From: Gracilinanus agilis
Taxonomy: Eukaryota
NCBI RefSeq assembly: GCF_016433145.1
Contig: NC_058133.1
Coordinates: forward strand, 389,635,456-389,699,455
Length of the DNA stretch: 64,000 nucleotides
Direction of reading: 5' to 3'
Below the pieces are notes generated by a model. The model saw only the letters and a program-made list of their open reading frames with translations. It was not told the origin of the DNA and did not search any database. A program made the position numbers and the translations under genes. Below are positions 11,835-22,610 of the stretch, in pieces; position 1 is the first letter of the stretch, and each line of letters starts with the position of its first letter.

Positions 11835-14274
11835 ATACTTTTTTACTCAGCAATAACACTTTTAATTCTGTATCACAAAGAGATCAAGGAAAAACAAAAT
11901 GGACCTCTATGTAAAAAAGTTTTATAGCTCTTTTTTTGTGGTGGCAAAGAATTGGAGAATGAGAAGATGCCCGTTAATTGGAGAATGTCTAAACAAATTG
12001 TGGTACATGAGTGTGATGCTGTACTATTGTGATAAAAAAAAAATGACAACTATGGTGGTTTCAGAAAAAAAAATGACAAAACCTATATGAACTGATGTAA
12101 AGTGAACTGAGAAGAACCAGAAAATCATTGTGCATAGTAACAGCAATATTGTAATGATGATCAACAATGAAAGATTTGGCTACTTTGACCAATACAAAGA
12201 TCCAAGACAATTCCAAAGGTCTCATAATGAAAAAATGCTATCCAGATTGAAGTACAGTTTTCTTGATTTCTTCATTGTTGTTTTTTTGGCAATATGGTTA
12301 ACATAGAACTATATTTGTCATGATTTCACATGCCTAATTAATATTATATTGTTTGCCTTCTCAGTGAGATAGAAGAAGTGTGGAGGGAGGGAGCAAAAGA
12401 ATTTGGAAGTCAAAATTTAAAAAGAATGTTAAAAATAAACAAAATGAGGGGATTTTACTTGATGACCAAAAAGTCCATTCCATGTGAAAATTTATGATTC
12501 TGAGATTTTATAGTTCTAAAAGAGGATAACCAACATGATGGGATTTCTCAAAACCAAAATAAATGAACATATGTTGAAGAAGGAGATGTTTAGACTGGAG
12601 AAGAGAAGATTTAGAAGAGGCTATAACTGTCATGGTATACTACCTATTTATTCACTGACTAAACTCTGAAATTTAATCTTCCTAAACCAAGGGTGTATAC
12701 TAAACTATGCCCATCTTCTTTTCTTTTGTATAACAAATTCTAAGATGGAATGGTCATTGCCCCTAAAATTCTTCCAGGATTCCCATTATTTACACTATAG
12801 AGAAAAAAGGTCCTTTTCTATTCCAAGAATTAATAAAGAACCATTTTAGAGAGGTTTTAGAGTGGATTTAAGGCAAAGAAATGCATGTACATATTTGACT
12901 ATGCATATTTATTCCAGGAAATTTATTTTTTCTTTCTTTTTTTTTCAATCAGATGGAGGGGTGGGAAGGAGAGAAAAAATATTTCTGTTATTATTATTTT
13001 TTAAATACAGAATTGAGGTAGTGCCACAGTTGGGGAAGTGTTACAAATGACATTTCAGATGAGGTCACATGCTTTTATTTAACAATTACATTTTGCTGAA
13101 AAATTCTCAGAAAATGATGGTGATCTGTAAATACTTGAAATGTTAAAACAAAATATATCAATAAATTTAAAAAATATTATTTAGGACAACAACAAAAAAT
13201 TCCTTCTAAGTAAGAATCAAGTTCAGGCTAGAATTCTCTTCACTGACTCCTCTGTCTTTTGAAGGATGCAGCTATCAGTAAGGAAAATCAACAGTTTTAT
13301 TACCTGCTCCAAATGACAGAAATCCTCTGTCTCTGTCTGAGGGGGTGGATATAGATAGTTCTATGACCTATACTGGATCCTCTTAATTAGAAAGTACTGT
13401 CAATAAAGTGCTCGGCTCCACCAACCATATTCATTACTTAACGCCAGAGGGCACTCTGGGATAATTTTTTAAGTCAGGTTCCTCATTCATTCTAGCTCTT
13501 GCTCAGCAAGTATATAAGTCTTAGCCAGGCATAGCTAAGCATAATCTATACTATTAGAAAGGAATAAAAGAAAACGACCAGCATTTTACCCAGCACCTGG
13601 TCTGACATCCTTTTCAGTAACTGTATCTGCACCTTTATCTTTAGGCTGGCCTGAAACTTAGCAGTATTGTGGCTTTGCTTTCAGTCTCTAACTCTCTCAG
13701 GAACATGCATTTATTTTACATCTTTGCTTCCATATATTCTGGTAAGGGGGATTTCTCCATTGGATGCAAACTGCAGAGCTACCTCAGTCCTATTAGGACA
13801 GTCATCGTGAAAAGTGCCAGTTCCTGCCAGTGGCTCATTGTTATCTTTTCTCTCTCCTCCTTTTAAAAATCACTTCTTTTTTATTTGGCTATGTCCTTAA
13901 TTCTTGCTATCATCATATGGATAGAATTCTTCTCATTGACTTCTCTATCTTTTGAAGGATAAAAAACTATCAGTAAGGAAAGTCAAATTATTATGACTTG
14001 CTCCAGATCATTCCATTGTAAAAGGGTAGGCATGGGGAGTCTTGTGTCCCACGCTTGATCCTATTCTTAGTAAGAAACAGGATGTATATTGTCTCTCATC
14101 TAGGTCTCTGCCAGGGGGATCTGTGGGAGGAACTTGAGAGTTATAACTACTATATTGTACTCCCATAACATACTGGTGAACCATTTTTAATCTTTCTGTC
14201 CATGTGGTCTCTAGTATACTGTTGTGTAAAGTGGAATCAGCACTAATTAAAAAATATTAAAGCTTAGTTTACTG

Positions 14275-14466
14275 TAGTGATTCCCAACGTGGGGACTACC
14301 ACCCCCTTGTGGGTGCTGCAGGGATCCATGGAGGTGGTGATGGCCACAGGTGCATTTATCTTTCCTATTAATTGCTATTAAAATTTTTAAGAATTAATTT
14401 CCAGGGGGCTAAGTAATATTTTTTCTGGAAAGGGGGCAGTAGGCCAAAAAAGTTTGGGAACCACTG
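14275..14466. mobile_element. hAT/Charlie-type MITE, 192 bp
   Basis: TIRs (T)AGTGATTCCCAA and TTGGGAACCACTG. 8-bp TSD GTTTACTG (14267-14274) / GTTTAGTG (14467-14474), 7 of 8 identical. Confidence 0.9.
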
Positions 14467-14938
14467 GTTTAGTGAATAAGTTTTGCCCTTTCCCTCAGTT
14501 TCAGTAAACCTCACTCCAAGCCCAGCCTGCTCAATCTGCATTCAAAAGGAGCCTGCCTAAAAAGACCCAGGTGATAAAAGTTTGGGAAGGCATCATAGTG
14601 ACTTGTCCCAGAGAGCCCTGGCACCCAGAGTGTATCACAAATTGTTCTAGGTTTATATGTAGATGGAAACCTCTGTCTCCAACCACTGACCATTTCTTAA
14701 AAATGTTAATTTGAAGGATACTCCCTTCAGAAAGACTTGAATATATAAAATAAATCTATAGGATGATGTCATTTAAAACTGAGAATTGTGTTTTCCTACA
14801 AATTAAGAGTTTTTCTTTAGATCTTTGGGCATTTATCTTAGGTCTATGACTTGAGACAGTGCCCCAGTGCGCTCTCTCTCTCTTTCTCTCTCTCTCTCCC
14901 TCTCTCCATCCCTGTCCCCCAATAAAGCACTGAATTTT

Positions 14939-15119
14939 TTTTAAACCCTTGTACTTTGGTGTATTGTCTCATAGGTGGAAGAGTGGTAAGGGTGGGCAAT
15001 GGGGGTCAAGTGACTTGCCCAGGGTCACACAGCTGGGAAGTGGCTGAGGCCGGGTTTGAACCTAGGACCTCCTGTCTCTAGGCCTGACTCTCACTCCACT
15101 GAGCTACCCAGCTGCCCCC
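14939..15119 (-). mobile_element. Young SINE1_Mdo-type SINE
   Basis: Full-length, with a perfect 16-bp TSD TAAAGCACTGAATTTT (14923-14938, 15120-15135). Confidence 0.95.
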
Positions 15120-16499
15120 TAAAGCACTGAATTTTAATGGATGGTTCTCCCTGGTCTCATTTTGAATAGTGACTAAAAAGGATACATCTTGTTATTTCAA
15201 GATCTTCTTAAATTTCTACTTCACACATTGTGATAATAAGATGACTTCTGCTATATTTCAGCATCCACTACTCTTCATCGAAATGTACTGAACCATGAAG
15301 TTTGTTGGGGAAAAGTCTGGATATTAGAGGGAATTTTTGGTTGGTTGGTTGGTTGTTATCCTTTGTTATTTGCAGAGGTCCAAAAGGACGTTATGCTGAT
15401 GTCTTTTATCTTGTGCAGGAATGGGATTTAAGTAAGGCAGAGTGCACAAAGTTGTTGGCTTTACTTGGAGACAATTATAAGACCTGAGTTCAATTCTATC
15501 TTCAAACACTTATTAGCTCTATGAGCTGGAAAAGGAAATGGTAATCCATTTTAATATCTTTGAAATAAAATCCCAAATGAGGTCATAGAGAGTCAGACAA
15601 AACTGAAGCCATTGAATGATATCAACAAAAAATTTATAAAAATGTTACAGAAAGAACAGTGATAAAGAAAACCCAAAACAGCAAAATATATATACTTTTC
15701 CATCCAGCCCAGGTCTGCACAAAAAGACTCTAGAATATTGCAGAAACCTAGAAATAGATAAGGTAGGTTATGTGGAAGGTGAAATAAAAAGCAGCCTGGT
15801 TCAACATCAGAAGGGAAGGCCAGATTAGTATTCAGAAGTCAAAGGAGAATCCAGTGGTCAATGGTCTCTTAATAACTAAAGACCTCTGATGCTGTTAGTA
15901 TACCTTTTTATACAGCTTAGTGGTTAAATAAGGCCCAGAAATGCCCTCTAAACTAAGATTGTGATTGGTTCTCAATTATGCTGTTTGACCACCTGACCAT
16001 GAGTCTTCACCAATCATGGTGCCTGGAAAACCCAAATTAGGTCAGCATTTCTTGGCATCAAAATCCAGATTAGGCCAATGTTCTCTTGTAAGAAGTAACC
16101 CCACAATACCCTCCCAGAGCAGGGACTTTCCAGAGTTCATGTTGTTATGGAGAAGGACATAGAATTAGTCTTCTTCCCAGAACATTCCCCAGAAGTTCTC
16201 TTATCTATCACTCCCTGTACCAGTGGAATCTAGCATGGGAAAACAACTTATGACCAGGTTGAATCATCCTTCACCCATCTTTCTTATCTTCTTCAAATGG
16301 CATCTTGTTTTGATTGCTTAGAGAAGGTTGGCACTAGATCTGCACAATAATACTCTAAACCTCAAAGTCTTAAAGGGTAGCACAGTGATAAAGCCTGATT
16401 ACAATGGACTCTACTGTGATTAGCAAAACTTTTAATTATAAATCAAGAATCAGTAATTGATAATCAATTTTTCACACAACCCATTCTCTAGCAGACAAG

Positions 16500-18447
16500 A
16501 GGCTCATATCCAACCAAATACACCAGCAGGAGGTAAGGCCAACTAACAGAAAATACTCTTTGCCACTGAACTCAGGATCAGGGAGAGGCTACCCACACTT
16601 TCTAAGACTATGGGGACCAAATTTGAGCCATGCGCAAGCTCTCAATTCAAAGACTGAGAATGGAAACAAGAGTAAAACAGACACACACACCATCAAACAT
16701 AAAAAGAACTATCATGAAATGAAAGAAATCCAAGAATAGAAAATCCAGAAGAAGAGAATAATTCTACAAGACCAAGGAGAACTTCAGAAAAAAAGAATGC
16801 CCTGGACACAAGGATTAAAAATATTCCTGGAAGAAATTGAACACTTGGTCAAGAATCATTTATTAAGTTTTTAGTATGTGCTCTGTGTGAATGCCCTAGA
16901 GGTATGAAAACAAAGACAAGTCCCTGCCCTCAAGAAGCTCAGCTGAACACCAAACCCCACCTAACAGGGCCCAGGACTAAATGATTAAGTGAGAAGCTGT
17001 GCATTGAATCACACAACTTCTCTGGTTACTTGTCCAGGGGTTAAGTTGATGGATAATGTTGATGATGAGTGAATAAATGTTAATGATAAGTGGTTAATGG
17101 GGTGACTGCAACTTTGTCTTTGCCTGAGTATTTCCTTTCCCCTTAGATGTAAAGGATATCAAACTGATCTTTAGAATAGCAATAGCCTTCACCTAAATAA
17201 GCTTTAAGGATTTAATTGTAATGAAATCAGAGGAAGAATTCAGGGTTGAAGGAAGAAGGTGCTGGGAATCTATGCTAGACTATAATTGATTAGATTTTTT
17301 GGTCAATGACTAATCGGGTTGTAACTGTTGGCTGGAGAGATTCCTCTCTCTCTGGCCCTGGTCAGGCCAGGCACCTTTGGCTTTGACCAGGTGGATTGAG
17401 GTTTGATGATGTTCTTCTTGATATACAGGTAATTGATATATATCTCAGCTCTATTCTGTAGTTGATGATGTGGTAATCAATGAAACAGGATACAGGTAAC
17501 TTAAGCAGGTTGATTGGCTTACCCACCCAGCCACCTGGGGTCACCTTCTCAAGAGTGAGAGAAAATCTTGATTCAGCTCCTGCCTTTTATAGTGCTGGCA
17601 GTAGTTGCCTTTTGCCCCCTGGCTCATGGCATCTGGGTAAATTCTAAATTCCAAACAGTTGGTTGTCACTCATCCTATTCTCCATTTTCTTGTCAGAAAT
17701 GACAATTACACTAATGAGTTCTCAATAATGAGAAATGGCACACAAAGTAGAATAGCTTGGGAGAAAAAAATGGAAAAGAGATAATACCTTAGCAGAGATG
17801 GTAGAAAATCTTAATTGAATTCCCTAAAACTTAGAATGGGACAAATAAAAAGAAATAGCAAATCTTGATTATGTCCATTTGACAACCAGAAATGTTAAAA
17901 CAACTAAAAATCAAAGACTAAAAAAATAGAAAAAAGGATAAACTGAATAATATAAAAAAATAAGGAATCTTGAAAAAAAGAAAGAAGAAATAATTTAAGG
18001 ACCAGAAGATTATCTGAAAATCAGAACCAAAAATGAAAGAGAATTTGGATATCACATTTCAAAAAATTATAAACTCTTAAAAATAATTTATTGCTTCATC
18101 ATAAAAATCTCAATTATAAAATAATTATAAACACATCTCTTAGAATCAGGGAACAAAGTCAAAATTGAAAGACTCCACCAAAAGCATCCCGAAAGAATTC
18201 TTGGGCCTGGACCTAGTGGTGGTTTTGTTCTATTTTGATGATTCTCAGGAGAAGTAAAAAAAGGTAGGGTTAGGGAACAATAATGAAGCAGGGAGGGAAG
18301 GGATAAAAAGAAGAGGAAAGGAAAGGATCTCATCTCATATAGTAGAGGTACATGAGATGAAGAGTAAGCAAACAAGAAGGAAGAGATGGGAGAAAAATAG
18401 ATATCTCATATATTTCACTTTTACTTGAATTGGACCTGTGAAGGTAG

Positions 18448-18480
<33 letters not shown>

Positions 18481-19320
18481 TTAGAAACACATTAAATTTA
18501 ACCAAGAAAAATGAAGGGACAGAGAGACAGCAAAGAGGAAAGGGAAGGTGGCAAGCATTTATTAAGTGCCTATTAAGTGCCAGTTGCTATGCTAAGTGCT
18601 TTACAAATACTGTCTCATTTTGTCTCCATAATAACCCTTTGAGACAAGTACAGTTATGATCTTTCTTTTACAATTGAGGACATGAAGATAGATAGATAGA
18701 TAGATAGAAATTAAGTGACTTATCCAGGATTGTATGACTAGAAAATGTTGGAGGCTAGATTTGAACTTCTTGACTCTAGACCCAAGGATTGATCCACTGT
18801 ACCACCTGATTGTCTCATAGTTTAAGGAGAGTTGAAGAAAGAGATTAGGATAAATGAAAGAGTAGTCATAAGCAAAACAAACTCCAATATGAGAAGAGGG
18901 GATTTGAAGACAAAATTGAAAATAAATAAAGAAACAATAAAGACCTATCAAAGGAAAGAGAAGAATGACAAGGGAATGGAAATAGATTGGGTCATTTATA
19001 GTTCACAGATATTGGGCAAAATATTCTCTCAGTCCTTCATTGTAAAGTGATGAAAGGGCAAAACATTTTTAAAAAGTACAAAAGAAGAAATAGGATAAAA
19101 ATATACAATTAACAATCATAACCATACACATTAATAGGATGACCTCGCAAATAAACTGGAAGAGGGTAGCAGACTAGATTAAAAAGAAAAAATCCAACAT
19201 GTTTATAAGAAACACATTAAAAACAAAAATAATTACATAGAGTTAAAATAAGAAGATGGAACAGAATATATTATGTTTCAGGTGAGTTTTTTAAAACACA
19301 GGAGTAGCAATAAATTTTGG
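16500..19320 (+). mobile_element. Decayed L1 5' portion (ORF1 remnants, inter-ORF region, ORF2 start), interrupted by an LTR and a MIR
   Basis: A-rich ORF1-like text (AGAAGATTATCTGAAAATCAGAACC, ATTGAAAGACTCCACC). ORF2-start-like ATAGGATGACCTCGCAAATAAACTGGAAG near 19135. Confidence 0.6.
17148..17704 (-). mobile_element. LTR-like element
   Basis: Minus strand TG start, TATA-like CACTATAAAAGG near 17590, ATTAAA near 17205, and a CCTTTACA end like the 6796-7457 LTR. No TSD found. Confidence 0.45.
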
Positions 19321-19324
19321 ATAA

Positions 19325-20220
19325 AGTCCTTTTCTCTTGCTTTGAACTCTTTCTAATATAGGCCTAGTGGTGGTATTGCTAAGTCAAAGGGTAGGTATGA
19401 ATAGTTTTATAGTGCTTTGGGCATAGTTCCAAATTGTTCTCCAGAATAACTGAACTAGTTTACAACTCCACCAATAGTGCATTTGTGTCACAGTTCTTCC
19501 TTATTACCACCTATATTTGTCATTTTCCTTTTGTCTTGGTTGCCAATTTGATAAATGTTAAGGTGGTATCCAAGAGTTTTGTTTTGTTTTTGTTTTTTTT
19601 TTAACCCTTGTACTTCGGTGTATTGTCTCATAGGTGGAAGATTGGTAAGGGTGGGCAATGGGGGTCAAGTGACTTGCCCAGGGTCACACAGCTGGGAAGT
19701 GGCTGAGGCCGGATTTGAACCTAGGACCTCCCGTCTCTAGGCCTGACTCTCACTCCACTGAGCTACCCAGCTGCCCCCCAAGAGTTGTTTTAATTTGTGT
19801 TTCTCTAGTCAGTTGTGATTTAGAAAAAAATTTCATGTAACTTTTGATAGATTTGATTCCTTCTTCTGAATATTGTTAGTTCGCCTCCTTTGAGAATTTT
19901 TCAACTGGGGAATGACTGATTTTTATAAATTTGGCTAAATTCCCTATATGTTTGAGAAATGAAGCTTTAACAGATAAATTTGTTGCAGTTTTCTCCCTTG
20001 TTTTTTGTTCTCTTTCTAATATTGGTTGCACTAGTTTTGTTTGTGCAAAAGCTTTTTAGTTTCATGTAATCAAAATTATTTTCCTTTCTATAACCTCCTC
20101 TGTCTCTTGTTTGGTCATAAACTCTTTCATTATGCATAAATTAAATAGATAAATTTTTCTAAGCTTCTCTAATTTACTAACTCATCTGTTTACTTTAACC
20201 TTATTTTAGTATATGGTATG
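19325..20220 (-). mobile_element. L1 ORF2 3' fragment, antisense
   Basis: Reverse complement of L1 C-terminal sequence (GCTTTGGGCATAGTTCCAAATTGTTCTCCAGAAT...CAACTCCACCAATAGTGCATT). Confidence 0.85.
19579..19777 (-). mobile_element. Young SINE1_Mdo-type SINE inserted in the L1
   Basis: Near-identical to 14939-15119. TSD core CCAAGAGTT on both sides. Confidence 0.95.
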
Positions 20221-21537
20221 AATGTTGGCTATGGATGGTATTTTTCATTGTGAGTCCCTTGGGGTTGTCTCAGATCCATGCACTGCTGATAATATTAAAT
20301 TATGGTCTCAAACTTTATGGATAATATGGACTGTTTTTCTCTGACTTTTTTCCCTTTTATTTTAAAACCTCTTTTATTAGCTGTATTATAGAGGCAGTGT
20401 AGTATATTGGTGAAGTAGCCAGCCTTGAAACCAGAAAGAACTGATTTCAAGTCCTGTCTCTGATACTTATTGGCTGTGTCATTCTGGGCCAGTCATTTAA
20501 ACTCCTCAGTGCTCTAGGCTTTTCCTTAAATGTTAAGTTGGAGAGAAGCAACTGAACTATCAGGTACTTTTCTCATCTGTTCTTATTCCTATCCTTGACC
20601 TTGCAAGATTCTAGGCAAATAAATTCTTACCACTCCTCCTTAGATAAACCCATCCCTAGCAAAAAGTTCATTCCCCCTCACCCCTCTATTTTAGCATTAT
20701 CACACACATTGGCAATAAAAACATGAACAAAGGTGAGAGCTCTATAAGTGCTTTGATTCAGGAGGCAAAGCAAATGCATTATTATTAATAATATTTTGTT
20801 GAATTTTAGTTGTCATTGTTATTTCCATTAATTAAAATGTAAATAGTTTAGTTTTTAAAAATTTTATTCAAAAACTTACTTCATCTCTGGTAGTGATTGT
20901 ACTTAACATTATTTGATAATTAAAAAAGAAATACAATAAAATCAATCATTTGATTCAACTTAACCATTTTCAAAATAACTCACAAATCACAATAATTTTT
21001 AAAATCATCAAATTGAAATACACAATGCTCAATAATTCTTGTTAGGTCTTTTCTTCTTAGCACTCACACCTCTTCCCTAAGGGAATTTTTTCATATGGGA
21101 TGATAGCTTTCTGCTTTAAACTTTCTCTTCCTGTACTATTGAGAGACAGGAAGTCCTTTAGAGAGATGAGAAGTGAAAAAATAAAACAAGGGAAAGATAT
21201 AAATTCCTGTAAGGTACCTTTAGTGATTATTTCAAACACTGATTCATTGAGAACTATAGGATATCATAAGATAAAGTGTTTGAAAATAATGTCTTCTAAT
21301 TAGTACATACAATCAACATTTTTTTTTAAATTTCTGGTTTGATGGATTCTTTCTGATGATTTTGAAAGGCAGTATTTATACAGATTAGACATTTTGTGTA
21401 AATTTGTCCTTCTTAATGCAGCATATCCAAATTCCAGCAATTACATATCAGGAGAAAATGAAGATTTTTTTCTATATTGAAAAGACATTGAATTCTTATC
21501 TTTACTTCTGAGTGTTTAATTGGATTTGGCTTATTTA

Positions 21538-21548
21538 TATCATTTTAG
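21538..21548 (+). promoter_or_regulatory. Candidate splice acceptor of a 5' UTR intron for TAAR locus 1
   Basis: TATCATTTTAG|CAAC, 42 nt before the ATG. ATTTTAGCAAC recurs before locus 4. Confidence 0.45.
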
Positions 21549-21590
21549 CAACTAGAGAATTAGAAATTGAGAATTTCAGAAAAGAAAGAT

Positions 21591-22610
21591 ATGGCCTCTC
21601 CTGACCAACAATCTGGAGATGTTCAGTTCTGCTTTCAGAACATCAATGGATCCTGTGTGAAGACTCCACGGTCTCTTGGCATTCGGACTTTTCTCTATGG
21701 AATCTTGGGCTTTATCACAATTCTTACAGTAGGTGGAAACATTGTGGTAATTTTTTCAATTACATATTTCAAACAGCTTCACTCTCCTTCCAATTTTTTG
21801 GTTGCCTCATTGGCCTGTGCTGATTGTTCTTTGGGATTGACTGTACTTCCCTTCAGCACATTACGGTCTGTTGAAACATGTTGGTACTTTGGGGACAGAT
21901 TCTGCAAGTTTCACTCCAGCTTAGATATCTGCTTTTGTCTAGCATCTATGTTTAATTTGTGCTTTATCTCTGTTGATAGATACATGGCTATTACTGACCC
22001 TTTGCTTTACCCAATCAGATTCACAATATCTTTGTCAGGGGTGTTCATAGCTCTTAGCTGGACTTCTGCCTTCTTGTATAGTTTCTCATTACTGTACACT
22101 GGTGCAAACGAAGAAGGACTGGAAGAAGTAGTGCGTGAGTTCCATTGTGAAGGAAATTGTCAAATATTCTTTAACAAAACTTGGGTAATTATATCTTCTC
22201 TCCTTTATTTTGTGCCGTTCTGCATCATGATTTGGTTGAATAGCAAGATTTTTGCTGAAGCTAAACGACAAGCTAGAAAGATTGAACAAATGGGTAACAC
22301 AATGTCTTCAGAGGGTGACAAGGTATCAAAAAGAGAGAGAAAAGCAGCTGTGACTCTGGGAATAGCAGTAATGGCTTTCTTGCTCTTCTGGTCTCCTTAT
22401 TTTATCACTGTAATAATTGATACTTTTTTGGGTTCCACAACCCCACCTCTTGCTTTTGACATTATGATTTGGTTTGCATACTCAAACTCTGCCATCAACC
22501 CTTTGATATATGCTTTCTTTTACCCTTGGTTTAGGAAAGCCATCAAAGTGGTCTTAAGTTGCAAAATTCTTTGGATAAATTGCTCTTCCATGAACTTATT
22601 TTCAGAATGA
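21591..22610 (+). CDS. Trace amine-associated receptor, divergent member of the TAAR6-9 clade, 339 aa, intact ORF
   Basis: Seven TM segments, N-terminal CFQNINGSC, Asp3.32 (HSSLDICFC), DRY, and TAAR fingerprint [16 protein letters not shown]. First ATG is 21591; the ORF track starts at a TTG. Confidence 0.93.
   Translation: MASPDQQSGDVQFCFQNINGSCVKTPRSLGIRTFLYGILGFITILTVGGNIVVIFSITYFKQLHSPSNFLVASLACADCSLGLTVLPFSTLRSVETCWYFGDRFCKFHSSLDICFCLASMFNLCFISVDRYMAITDPLLYPIRFTISLSGVFIALSWTSAFLYSFSLLYTGANEEGLEEVVREFHCEGNCQIFFNKTWVIISSLLYFVPFCIMIWLNSKIFAEAKRQARKIEQMGNTMSSEGDKVSKRERKAAVTLGIAVMAFLLFWSPYFITVIIDTFLGSTTPPLAFDIMIWFAYSNSAINPLIYAFFYPWFRKAIKVVLSCKILWINCSSMNLFSE

Larger units (their letters stand above)
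9690..12430 (+). mobile_element. Old L1 remnant: inter-ORF region, start of ORF2, large internal deletion near 10570, ORF2 3' end and 3' UTR; interrupted by LTRs
   Basis: ACTATGAATGTGAATGGGATG (endonuclease N-terminus) near 10290. C-terminal motifs (ORF 11899..12090 FFVVAKNWRMRRCPLIGECLNKLWY) resume after 11835. Confidence 0.8.

Noticed and set aside
16122-16131. Exact NF-kB site GGGACTTTCC with nearby CCAAT boxes
   Set aside because: A single 10-mer in probable LTR-like sequence whose boundaries I could not define. No supporting evidence.
21567-21590. TTG start given by the ORF track for locus 1
   Set aside because: Non-ATG start. The first ATG at 21591 aligns with the TAAR9 start.
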